From assembly GCA_951406725.2 (NCBI GenBank), contig OX597834.1, positions 26,102,001-26,166,000 on the forward strand: 64,000 nt of DNA, written 5' to 3'. The notes under the pieces are model-generated. The model did not search any database, was not told the DNA's origin, and was given only the letters and a program-made list of their open reading frames with translations. This stretch comes from Octopus vulgaris (Eukaryota). Position numbers and translations under genes: made by a program. Below, one piece after another: positions 33,601 through 45,611 of this stretch. Within the stretch, counting starts at the first letter, position 1. Every line of letters begins with the position of its first letter.

Positions 33601-35029
33601 TGTGCAATAAACATATCCTCCAAATCCAATCTATAAGCACAGGGATTCCAAACCAGAGTCCATATGGCCCTTGAGGGCTCATATAAGATTTTCTTATTAA
33701 AATTTATGTGCAATAAATTGCTTTTACTTCTATAATACACAAACTAATTAAAAAAAATTTAATACAATTCCTAATATTTAATTACAAAAATACAGTAGGT
33801 TTGTTATTTTTATATATATATACAACAAATGGTTAAGGCGGTCCAGTTGAGAAAAATAGGAATCAAAGGGGTCGATAGGCAAAGAATGGTTGAGAACCAC
33901 TGTATTAGCAACACAGAAAAAAAATTGTAAGACAATCCAAAGACTCCACCTAAGATTCCTTAAATGAATAAATGCACACCCATCTGTTTGAGTGCCTCCA
34001 CAAAGACATACATAAAAAGTAATGAGCAAACACACGTACAGACTAGGTATTAAAGAGACAGACTCACATAGAACAAATATATTTCTTTATTGCCCACAAG
34101 GGGCTAAACATAGAGGAGACAAACAAAGGGATTAAGTCGATTACATCGACCCCAGTGCGTAACTGGTACTTTATTTATCGACCCCGAAAGGATGAAAGGC
34201 AAAGTCGACCTCGGCGGAATTTGAACTCAGAACGTAGCGACAGACGAAATACTTATTTCTTTATTACCCACAAGGGGCTAAACACAGAGGGGACAAACAA
34301 GGACAGACAAACGGATTAAGTCGATTACATCGAACCCAGTGCGCAACTAGTACTTAATTTATCGACCCCGAAAGGATGAAAGGCAAAGTCGACCTCGGCG
34401 TAATTTGAACTCAGAACGTAACGGCAGACGAAATACAGCTGCGCATTTCGCCCGGCGTGCTAACGTTTCTGCCAGCTCGCCATAGAACATAAATAGAAGT
34501 GAACACACCCACTTCTATGCACACCACTAACTGAACTACATACTTACAAATTCCAAGAACTGTCTTAAAAAAGTTTTGGAACTTAGTTAACCGGCCGACT
34601 TGAACTCCATAAAGAACTTAAACAAATCTCAAAGAAAACACACACACACTCACACATATATCGTAAGTAGTTCATATATCCGAAAAAGAAGCACACTCTA
34701 AGGCATTAGAACAAAAAAATTTTTTTAAAGAAGTTGTTAAGTTATGGCCAGTCATAGCGTGACCATTGGTTTCGCACCTATAAGGCACTTAAAAGTATAG
34801 GCGAGTCGTCAGGATCAAAACAAGATGGAATGAACAGGCTTTAATCAAAAATCAGAGCAATTGTTTCTGTTTATTGATAACAGCTGTTAGTTGCTGAATT
34901 TTCCCTATCATACTATTATAGAAATATCATATATATATATATATATATATGATCCAGCGACAGCTGTATACCCGTAGGCCACCAGATGAGTGACTTTAAG
35001 AGCACTGCTGGCTAGATCAAGTCCAGTTT

Positions 35030-35081
<52 letters not shown>

Positions 35082-36446
35082 AGCAAAATAGCTAGTTGTA
35101 AAATCTCAAGAAGAGATCGAGTAGTAACTATATTAAACAGTAAAGCCAGTCGCCACATCGAAGTGACTGTTGAATGTTACTAGTTTAACCCCAGGCAGAT
35201 TTTCTGCCAGCTGGTTATCGGTGCAACACTCTGCACCCTTTATATACAATATATTGTTAGCAGGAGAGACGAACCCTTACTACCCTCTAGCAGATAACAG
35301 GATCGCGATACTGAATCCATTTCAGGCTATTTGGCTCGTCCTTAGTCGCGGGCAACATAAAATATGGTCCGGCCAATACTTGCTTTAACAAGAAAAAAGA
35401 AAGGATGAAAAGCAAAGTCGACTACAAACTAATTTAAATTAATTATTTCTAACATAGGCATATGTTAACAATTTACACGGCCACCAGTACTTAAACTGAA
35501 AGTTGACTCTGATGAAATTTGAACTCAGAATATAACGAACCATAACAAATCTGTCACCCTTAAACTAAAGGAGTAAGGAATCCCTAACAGCTAATAATTA
35601 TAGAATAAACAACACTAATAAAGGTTTCTCATTTAGGCGCAAGGTCAGCAATTTTGAAAGAATGTGGCTAGTTGATTCTATCGATCCTAATATTGGTTTT
35701 ATTGACACTCCGATATGATAAATGGTTGACTTGACTTCCACAGAATTTGAACTCGGAACGGAATAAACCCATCGCCCCTAAACTAGTAAAAAAAAAAACA
35801 CTAATAATAATTCTTTCTGATTTAGGCACAAGGCCTGAAATTTTGCGCAAAGAGGGTAATCGATTGCAACCATCTCAGTGCTTAAATGGAACTTGTATCA
35901 TCAACCCCAAAAGGATGGAAAACAAATTTTGATAGAAAGCTAGCAGTTTTAGTTTGGGGGAAGGGGGGATTGATCCCAGTACTCTAACAGTATTTCATTT
36001 ACGGGCCCCGAAAGGATGACATGCTAAGTCGACTTCGACATGGTTTGAACGCAAAACGTAAATTTGGAAAAAATAAAAAAGAAAGAAACCAACAACAACT
36101 AATAATAATAACGATACCATAAACAACTACTGATTGTTATAATATTAATGTTTCAACAAGATTAAGAGTAAAATACTAACTGTGGTGATGTGATTTGACT
36201 GTGAGAAGGTTGATCTGTATAAAGGGTTCGTAGCACCTGCGATATCCGCATCTGTAATTTCGGTCCATTTTGCAACATCGCTAAAACCTCTTTTTCTCCA
36301 CATTCCAACAGAATTCCGGTGATTTTAGAAACCAGACTATAAGTCAACTGAGGGAACCTTGTCGTGATCTGCGAATGCAGATGGTTACCCAAACTTTCCA
36401 GTGTTGTCATTAATAGTTGTTGTTTTGGCGTTTTCTCCTCGCCCAT
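29367..36446 (-). CDS. Stand-alone triple MLLE (PABC) domain protein, 4 coding exons, 251 aa
   Basis: Join complement(36446-36181, 32442-32345, 31352-31119, 29524-29367) = 756 nt. GT-AG introns, phases 2,1,1, open frame. Contains three repeats with KITGILLE, KITGMLLE and KITGMLLE, each with MLLE-like flanking helices. In-frame TGA just upstream of the ATG. Confidence 0.9.
29770..30612 (-). mobile_element. RTE-clade LINE ORF2 fragment, in intron 3 of the triple-MLLE gene
   Basis: RT motifs (QFGFVPGRST, AFIDLEKA, HQGSV.SPL, ELLYADDLAL) and Cys-rich WPCSICRKGVG..C.KC..W.HKRCSG; frameshifted. Confidence 0.9.
31119..31352 (-). CDS. Triple-MLLE protein exon 3 (MLLEGDK...KLAEKIT)
   Basis: ttctag| acceptor, G|gtatgt donor; symmetric phase 1-1, 234 nt. 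Confidence 0.92.
31797..32200 (-). mobile_element. SINE family A
   Basis: Full-length consensus copy. Confidence 0.88.
32345..32442 (-). CDS. Triple-MLLE protein exon 2 (PIDNSVEWTDEDSEKLFDKVATIEPVHCAKIT)
   Basis: ttcag| acceptor after a T-rich tract; G|gtttgt donor; ends within KITG. Confidence 0.88.
32662..33043 (-). mobile_element. SINE family A
   Basis: Full-length consensus copy. Confidence 0.88.
33503..33717. repeat. Exact tandem duplication, about 106 bp x2
   Basis: AAACATATCCTCC...TGTGCAATAAA twice. Confidence 0.9.
34078..34481 (-). mobile_element. SINE family B, tandem dimer
   Basis: One head plus two bodies. Confidence 0.85.
36181..36446 (-). CDS. Triple-MLLE protein exon 1 (MLLE repeat 1: LGNHLHSQI...SKITGILLECGEKEVLAML..)
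   Basis: ATG at 36446; donor CA|gttagt. Confidence 0.88.
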
Positions 36447-36872
36447 TCTGTCACAGCTGTAACATCATACACATACATTCGCGGAATAAATCTTAAAGCC
36501 GATGATATAACTTCCGGAAAGAAATTATTAATTTTTAAAAACAGATATCAAAGTTTTTTCTACTAATAATTTTTTCGGAAACTAACGACAACTAAAAAAT
36601 TATATAGTACGATAAAATATTATATACAGTAAGCGGTGGCGATGTAAACTGCCTCGTTTCATTCGTTCCTCAAAATTTTGTATGATTTCATTTATAGTTT
36701 CGTTTTCTCAAAAATTCGTTTCGGCGTTTCTGTAGAACCAATTCGTGTTTTCGCATTGTCTATTAAGTTGGTACCCGTTTTGCTGCTAGATTCATGAGAA
36801 CAAAGTTATTCAATATTTTTGAGATTAATAGATGTTTAAACGAAAATTACATGTTTATACATAGAGAATTAA

Positions 36873-37658
36873 GGCATAGTTTCGGTTGTAGTAGCACAGA
36901 TTTCCGTCGATTTCCGTAAAAAACTTTTATTTTTTTACATAAGTAATGAGAGCGAAAGAGACTAAGAGGAAGCGATTTTACGACGAGAAGGTTTCACTTT
37001 GAAGTCGGCCTGTGTGTGTTTGATGGGGTGTGGGAGACAGACAGTATGTTGTGTAAGTGAAGTGCTTCTGTTAGTGTGTGCGAAGAGACAGACATACATA
37101 TACACATACACCGAGTACATACATACATACATACACACACACACATACATAGATACATACACACACACACATACATACACACACACATACTTACACACAC
37201 ACACACATACATAGATACATACACACACACACATACATGCAGACATACATATACACATACACCGAGTAAAAAATTACGATGAATCGGCCATACATACATA
37301 CATACACACACACATACTTACACACACACACACATACATAGATACATGCATACATACATATACACATACATGCATACATACATATACACATACACCGAGT
37401 AAAAAATCAGTTATCTCTCTCTTTCACACATTACTCTCTCTGTCTCTTCACACACACTAACAGAAGCACTTCACTTACACAACATACTGTCTGTCTCCCA
37501 CAACCCATCAAACACACACAGGCCGATTTCAAAGTGAAACCTTCTCGTCATAAAATCGCTTCCTCTTAGTCTCTTTCGCTCTCATTACTTATGTAAAAAA
37601 ATAAAAGTTTTTTACGGAAATCGACGGAAATCTGCGCTACGACATGCGAAACTTCGCC
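36873..37658. mobile_element. Foldback element with TIRs over 200 bp, Merlin-like
   Basis: GG...CC termini, 8-bp TSD AGAATTAA at 36865-36872 and 37659-37666, CA-rich spacer. Confidence 0.85.
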
Positions 37659-38056
37659 AGAATTAAAAATGTGTTTCGACTGAATACACACACAAACTTG
37701 TAAAGCTGTTAATTCTCTATCGTATCATTTGTATCTTCGGCTAAACTTCGATAAAACCTAAGATCACGTATCTTCAATTATTTGAGTACGAACGCAATGT
37801 GCTATGAATAAATATAGTAGTGTAACTTAAACTATTTAGTCTAATTGTGAAATTAGGCGCCAAGAAGACATTTCGACCGCTTAGGATTAGATGTAACCGA
37901 CTGGTTTTATTTTAATTTCAAGTTTTACTTAGGTCAAGACAGTAGTTAACAAAAAAAAATTAATTAAAAAATCTGGCCGTCAAATTGAATAGATCCATAG
38001 AGTTTAATAATTGTTGCTAATAATAATAATAATCGTATTAATAATAATAATAATAA

Positions 38057-38600
38057 GGCGAGCTGGCGGAATCGTTAGCACGCCGGGCGAAATGCTGAGC
38101 GGTATTTCGTCTGCCGCTACGTTCTGAGTTCAAATTCTGCCGAGGTCGACTTTGCCTTTCATCCTTTCGGGGTCGATAAATTAAGTACCAGTCACGCACT
38201 GGGGTTGATGTAATCGACTTAATACCTATGTCTGTCCTTGTTTGTCCCCTCTGTGTTTAGCTCCTTGTGGGTAATAAAGAAATAGGTATTTCGTCTGCCG
38301 CTACGTTCTGAGTTCAAATTCCGCGAGGTCGACTTTGCCTTTCATCCTTCCGGGGTCGATTAAATAAGTACCAGTTACGCACTGGTCGATAAAATCGACT
38401 TAACCCGTTTGTCTGTCCTTGTTTGTCCTCTCTGTGTTTAGCCCCTTGTGGGTAGTAAAGAAATAGGTATTTCATCCTTCTTTACGGCCTGAGTTCAAAT
38501 TCCGCCGATGTCGACTTAGTCTTTTATCCCCTTCGGGGCCGATAAAATAAGTAAGAATCGACTTATCTCCTCTTCGAAATTGCTGGCCTTGTGCCAAAAT
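38057..38600 (+). mobile_element. SINE family B, tandem trimer
   Basis: One head plus three bodies, the last one decayed. Confidence 0.82.
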
Positions 38601-40409
38601 TTGAAACCTATAATAATGATGATAATAAATTGATTATATACAGTACTCAAGTGTGCAACAACAAAATGTTATTACATTAATAAGTACTTAAAAAGTTTTT
38701 ATTGATAATAATTCTAGAAGACATTGCGACAGATCTGGCGCAACGAGGGCGCATTGTTACAAGAGGATTCACAAACCGACTAAATGATTGACTGATAAAA
38801 TGACTCGAACAATCGATTGGCTAGTTAACAGTTGATTTATAACAAGTATGGGTGTTTTTATTGGAGAAATGACCGTCTTAAGGTACAACAAAATCCTGAA
38901 GAATTTGTTGTCTTAATAGTTGTTATTGACGGTCAACTGGCAGTCAGGGCATTGGATAGATTGCTTCGCAGTAATTGTCCCGGCTCTCTGAGCTCAGAAT
39001 TCAAATCCCTCCGCGGTCAGCTTTGCCTTTCATTCTTTGGAGATTGATAAATAATGTACCCGTCCTGTCGTGGGGTCGATTCTTCCCTCTCTACCACACA
39101 AACACCTAATCACAGACACACACACTCTCTCTCTCTCTCTCTCCCTTGAAAGAAATCGGAGAGGGATGAATTCTGCCAGATCTAAAATATTCAAAAGACA
39201 AGAATTGAAGACTCAAAGTAAGGCAAAACAATTGTCGCACAGTGGCTGGTTAGTCGAGTTTTAGCGGTAGCAGCAGCACTGCTATTATCATTGGGACCCT
39301 TATCCACAAACGACGGAGGGCGCTTCTATGTGGCAACTAGAAATAGCAGTCAAATCCCTCAGTCAATCATTTAGTCGATTTGTGAGTCCTCTTTAAACCA
39401 TGCGCACTCGTTGCTCCAGATCTGTCGCAATGTCTTCTAGAATTACTATTAATAAAAATATCTTAAAAATGGAAGTGTTGCTCTGGATAATGTATTTCCT
39501 TTTTTTTTTCAAAACTAAAAGAAAAAAATTATTAAAAATATATCATAAAGAAGATGGGTAAAAGGTCATTTGTCGTGCGACAGACATGATGGTCATAATT
39601 GGAAACCTCTGATTATAGATCTACTCAGTTATGATCGACAAAGAATTATGAGAACAATCTCATTGACTATGGTACCATCCAGTAGCCTTATAGGCCCTTG
39701 GGCAAATTAATGCACTGGGCTCTATAATATTTGTCGCTATCTCGCACAGCATACATAAATTGGAATTGGGTCCTAGACCTACGGGGCCGAGGGCAACTGC
39801 CCAGTGTGCCCAAGTTCCAGCTGTTACCCACCAAGTTCCAGCTATGTTACCAAGATCTAGTTTTACAAAAATTGTTTTCCCACCGAAAATAGGAACCAGG
39901 GCGAAAAAATACATATATATATAAAAAGGGTTTACTTTGTTATCGCAAAATATTTAATGCATCTGCAACCAGTGCTAAACCTTTATAATTCCTCTGCAAT
40001 TTTTCAATGCCTTTATATATTACAAAGTATACGCGTTTATGTATTCGTGTGTGATTTGTTACCTGTATATCATTTCAGTTCTATATGTGTTACCGTTTAT
40101 TCACGTAATGACGCAAATATTAAATTGAAATAAAGGTTATGAAAGAAAAAATAACTTTTCAAGAATTTACAGAATTATTGATAAAAGTTTTGGCTTTAAT
40201 TTTAAAAAGTACATTTTTTTCTCCCTGTCTGTCTCTTTCAATGTAATATATTTACCGTTACCGAAGTTAGATGAGTATGAGACGACTAATAAATAAATAA
40301 ATGAATAATAGAGAAAGAATTCATAAGCAAAAATAACTTTGGCATCAATCCATTGCAACTTTTTGTTGCAAGCAGCAAGTCGCCGTTTCCCAAGAGTTGT
40401 TAAGTTGCT

Positions 40410-40421
40410 ATGGCAGACAAG
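40410..40421 (+). CDS. Probable first coding exon (MADK) of the ankyrin/SOCS-box gene
   Basis: ATG GCA GAC AAG|gtaatt, phase 0, compatible with the phase-0 acceptor at 47211; lies in non-repetitive sequence. Too short to verify from sequence alone. Confidence 0.5.
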
Positions 40422-40838
40422 GTAATTATAACACGACTATTTTAACTTTAAATATTTTTTCTATATATTAAATGATAATTCAGACAATATATTTAGTATC
40501 TACAGCACAAGTAATGCCAAAAATAAAATTTTAAAATGTTCGTGGCTCCATTGTACCGTATTTAATGACATTAGAAGTACTTTACCCAAAATTTACGTCT
40601 CTTTTATTGCATGGGGTTGGGACCGATATATGTTTCTATGAATTGTTTAATGATTTATTTATATAGCTTAGGAAATCAGTATCTTGGTTTATTTTCCTAT
40701 ATTATTATTTTTACAACATAATTCTTTTAATGTTTAGGAATATAGAATTGCGAAGAAATTCTTTAATTATATCAATGATTTATGATGGCCCAAACAGACA
40801 TACGCGTAAAAACACATGTGCGTGTGTGTGTATGTATG

Positions 40839-40871
<33 letters not shown>

Positions 40872-41813
40872 ACACATACATAAAAAGTTATTATTTGAGA
40901 CATTACTGACTCTAACCATGTGTATATAATGTGTAAGACGCGAATAATCGCTATGGATGAGACGTGAGGAAGGGATTATTTATAATAGACAGAAGTATTG
41001 GATTAAAAGAAGCTGATATGCTGTGGAATGATAAATGGACGAAGTTAGAGGTCAGAAAAGCGAGGCCAAGTGCAGTGTTGAGACTTCAAGATTGTAAACA
41101 TTTCCGCATCTGTCTTTACTGACAACGTTCCTGACGGGAGGGTTTTGCCTTTTTTTTTAATGCGGGAGTATTGTTGCAAGGGAGTAATATACACACAACT
41201 CTCTATATAATTGTAGATAACTTGATACGTTAAGTTGACAGAACTTGATCTTAGAGTAACCTGTCAGGATGGCCATCTTTCTTGTGCATTTAATGTTTAT
41301 GTAACTTATTTTAAAAAATGTACTTTAAGAATTCTAAAACTCTTTGGAACAGCTTAGTCAAAGAATTGACAATCGAGGGAGAATATGTAGTGGGAAGACT
41401 TTCTGTGGGCCTGCTCTTCAAACATCTCGGGTTACACATTGCTGCTGTCAACCCAGTCCCTATTAGAGGAATATTTGACTATAAATCTAGTATTTATGGC
41501 TTAAGCAGTGAAATAAAATTTAAGCATTGAGAAAAAAGGGTGTCTAACGTCTCAGAAAATTTCGAGAAAACAAGTATTTATTACACTGTAATCTTTACGT
41601 GTTTTTGGAAACTTTCGTTTTACTTTTGTGTGCCTTGTGAGTCTTCCATGTAGGCGAACGACGGAGAACTCTTTTACTACTAAATATAGTACCGTATAGT
41701 TAGGCTAAAAGCATCCACCTGTGGCATAGTATCTAGGTGGTTGTTCGACCAGCTAGTAATAGTCGCCAAATCTCCCCTGTCTTAGAAGTGGGTGGTACTG
41801 TACTAGGTATCGA

Positions 41814-42524
41814 GGTAATTTTTTTAGAGTAACACCCGCACGATTTTCACTAAGAAAAAAAAAAAACTCAGATTTTTTGCGTGGAATCAATTACCCCGAC
41901 CTCCTAATATGCTGCAAATTCCTTATTTTGGTTCTGGAAATGAGGGTAAAGGGGGGATCCCCCGGTCCTGGATTCATTGGAAATTTTTTTTTTTTCGTTG
42001 AATGAATTTCTGTGACATCTTACTATGCTACAGAACCCTTTTTGGGGTCCAAAAAACGGAGTGCGGTGAGGTGGAAGCCTCGGAAATTTCACTCACTCCT
42101 ACCCCCATTGATCTTTTCACCAGCACGATTTTCACTATGGAAAAAAAAAAAATTCTAATGAATCCGGGACAGATTTCCCTAACCCCAACCCTAAAACCCT
42201 AAACCTGAAAAGGTCAATGGGGTGGGTGAAATTTCCGAGGCTTCCACCTCACCCCACTCTGGTTTTTCAGATCCCAAAAAGGGTTTTGTAGCATATAGGA
42301 TGTCACAGGAATTCATTCAACGGAAAAGAAAAAAAAAATTCCAATGAATCCAGGACCTGGGGAGGTCCCTTCTTGCCCCCCACCCCCTTTTTTTCCGAAC
42401 CAAAATAAGGGATTTGCAGTATATTAGGAGGTCAGGGTAACTGATTCCACGCAAAAAATCTGAGTTTTTTTTTTTCCTTTCTTTCTTAATGAAAATCATG
42501 CAGGTGTTACTCTGAAATATTACT
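41814..42524. mobile_element. Foldback element with TIRs of about 300 bp, Merlin-like
   Basis: GGTAATT..AGAGTAACACC / GGTGTTACTCT..ATTACT; 8-bp TSD GGTATCGA at 41806-41813 and 42525-42532; central CCCTAA-like repeats. Confidence 0.85.
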
Positions 42525-42829
42525 GGTATCGAGGGATCCTCTACACCCATGGTTCTCTACTATTTTTTACCTATGGACTCCTCTGATTCCTATTTTACTC
42601 TGCCGGACCCCTATAACCACTTGATATTTTAAAAATCCGATATATTTAACTATAAATTAAATATTATTAGGAATTGTATAAAAAAAATTGTTGAATTATT
42701 TTGGGTATTGTAAAAGTATAACCAATTTATTGCGCATGCATTTTAACAACAAAATCTCACACGGACACCCAAGGATAATATGCACTCCAGTTGAGAACCA
42801 CTGCACAACATGGTTACTAGATCTGCTTG

Positions 42830-43213
42830 AGGAGGCGCAATGGCCCAGTGGTTAGGGCAGCGGACTTGCAGTCATAGGATCGCGGTTTCGATTCCCAGAC
42901 CGGGCGTTGTGAGTGTTTATTGAGCGAAAACACCTAAAGCTCCACGAGGCTCCGGCAGGGGATGGTGGTGATCCCTGCTGTACTCTTTCGCCACAACTTT
43001 CTCTCACTCTTACTTCCTGTTTCTGTTGTACCTGTATTTCAAAGGGCCGGCCTTGTCACTCTCTGTGTCACGCTGAATATCCCCGAGAACTACGTTAAGG
43101 GTACCACATGTCTGTGGAGTGCTCAGCCACTTACACGTTAATTTCACGAGCAGGCTGTTCCATTGATTCGGATCAACCGGAACCCTCGTTGTCGTAACCG
43201 ACGGAGTGCTTCC
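42830..43213 (+). mobile_element. SINE family C
   Basis: Near-identical to 3449-3830. Confidence 0.88.
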
Positions 43214-43429
43214 ATCCAGATCTGCTTGAAATAACATCCAAAACATACACACACACACACAGAGTCTTAAGCAGTGACTGTGCCAGTGGTTATGCTATGA
43301 GTGATTGTCATTCTAGCTTCTCAAAGACCACAATTTCTTTCTGCTAATTTAGCTGAACTGTCTTAACTCTTCAACATAATTTATCACTCACGAGTCTCCT
43401 TAATTATATATCTTAATTCAGCATACATT

Positions 43430-44431
43430 GGCAGAATTCTGGTTTGGGCACTCTGTATAACCCCTCGTAACTTTTTTTATTTTTTTGAATTTTCACAAGA
43501 TGTCTTGCAAACAACTTGCACATGCAAGTGCTACCAGTTAAAAGCTCCGTATATCGGAAGCTAGCAAGTGTATGGGGTCATCAGGAGAGAATGCGCGCCA
43601 TTTCGGGGCCTACCTCTCGACGGCATCAATGCGCACCGGCCCCCCTCACTGATATGAGGCCCCGCTTGCTAGATCAGCTGGTTATGAAGAACTCAATATA
43701 CTTCTAGCCATCGCTCATCGTCTCTTTTTAACCAAATCCAGTGGCTAGCCTTCTCCACTGTAGATTGGATATCAGTCATGGTGGTATTGACTTTACGATG
43801 AGTTAGGCCTAACGATAACAACAGTCATCTCACGCTGTGTCCTACAAACCCTCTACATCCGACTTCGATAGGAAAATGTTCCACTTTCCAGCCTGCATCT
43901 TCCATGTAGAGGTGGCAGCAGCTGATTACGGTGCGGATCGCTGTCTCCTGCTTGGTCCACACTTTCCTTTCTCTAGTCAGATATTCTCTTTTATTCTATA
44001 TATGGGAATTCATATGACTGTTCAAAAACCAAAGAATTTTTTTTAGTATGATTTAAGGTCTTTTTAGTTGTTATTTTTAGCACATCTCATGGCTACCTAC
44101 CTTCCTTGTTTCTTTGTCTCTCTAACATGTCTTGATGCTTTCCAAAATTTTTCTCCCCATAAACACCTTTAATAGTTTATTGCTGGGATTTAAACAAAAA
44201 ATTTGGTCTGTCCACATTTCAAACTATGATTTAAAAAAAAGAATTTGAAAAATTAAAAATTTTTTTTAATTCAAAAAATTGTTTTAAGTTTTAAAAAAAT
44301 CAAAAACTTTTTTTTGCATAGATATACGAATTCCTGTGTGTAGAACACAAATTTGCAAAAGTTTTCTGAAAATCCTGAAATATAAAAAAGTTACAAGGGA
44401 TTGTATGAAGTGTTTAAACCAGAATTCTGCC
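43430..44431. mobile_element. TIR element (GGCAGAATTCTGGTTT) containing a retroelement fragment
   Basis: Imperfect TIRs of about 70 bp; TSD CATACATT/CATACATC. Confidence 0.75.
43700..43970 (-). mobile_element. RLE-type (HERO-like) non-LTR retrotransposon C-terminal fragment
   Basis: Minus-strand translation GWKVEHFPIEVGCRGFVGHSV...VEKASHWIWLKRDDERW; related decayed piece at 45130-45290 (LKPNVILISKKTRQLILL..TVP). Confidence 0.7.
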
Positions 44432-44734
44432 CATACATCTACAGATGTTATGCCTGGACACATCAGTGTTGTACATTGAGTTCATTGAGTGTTTCAGATC
44501 TTTCAGAATGAACCCTCATCCAGGTGACCCAACCTAGTTCGATCAACCCTAGACCTGTGTAAAAGTAGTGTTCTACTCCGATATCCCTCACCAATCATCT
44601 CATTTCATCCAGGATCATATAGATTCTTTCTTCAGATCATTCCTATAATGTCCAGTGTTCCATAAGCATTACTTAGGGTACAACCTGCAAACTTTTGGCC
44701 ACCAGCCTCCAGTAGTAAACACCTTGTCCTCTGG

Positions 44735-45115
44735 ATGGAAGCGCTCCATCGGTTAAGACGATGAGGGTTCCGGTTGATCCGAATCAACGGAACAGCCTGC
44801 TCGTGAAATTAACGTGTAAGTGGCTGAGCACTCCACAGACACGTGCACCCTTAACGTAGTTCTCGGGGATATTCAGCGTGACACAGAGAGTGACAAGGCC
44901 GGCCCTTTGAAATACAGGTACAACAGAAACAGGAAGTAAGAGTGAGAGAAAGTTGTGGTGAAAGAGTACAGCAGGGATCACCACCATCCCTGCCGGTACC
45001 TCGTGGAGCTTTTAGGTGTTTTCACTCAATAAACACTCACAACACCCGGTCTGGGAATCGAAACTGCGATCCTATGACCGCGAGTCCGCTGCCCTAACCA
45101 CTGGGCCATTGCGCC
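44735..45115 (-). mobile_element. SINE family C
   Basis: Reverse complement of 42830-43213. Confidence 0.88.
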
Positions 45116-45611
45116 TTGTCCTCTACCCATTTTGGTAAAAAAAAAACCTCCATTAACTCCTAGTACTTGAACCCTTTCCTCTCTTGTGTCTTTTCCCTCC
45201 TCTCCTGTTGGAGGCACTGTTGACACCAATAGGATTAGCTGCCTTGTTTTCTTGGAAATCAAGATGACATTTGGTTTCAACAAGATCTAGGTACATTTTT
45301 TTCAACATCCACTTTTCAATGCTTGCATGGGTTGGACGAAGTTTATTGAGGCTTACTGTTTCCAAGCAAGGTAACTTTTCCCTTGGCCTGACATTTTTCC
45401 ACAGAACATTAGAACTAAATGATTCTGCTTATATGATGACGACACAAATTTACAACTATCACACTATGTTGAAAGGAGCCACTAACACACACACAGACAC
45501 TGGAACTCCGTTAGTTATGCTGACCAGGGTTCCAGCTGGTTCAATCAATCAAAGAGCCTGCACATGAAATTGATGTGCAAATAGCTGAGCACTCCACAGA
45601 TGCATGTACCC

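Noticed and set aside
29367-36446. Interpreting the MLLE exons as a PABPC or UBR5 fragment or pseudogene
   Set aside because: Three diverged repeats with intact frame and splice sites, their own ATG and stop, and no RRM or HECT exons found between the flanking genes.
42176-42206. CCCTAA-like telomeric repeats
   Set aside because: A few degenerate units inside a foldback transposon, not a telomere.
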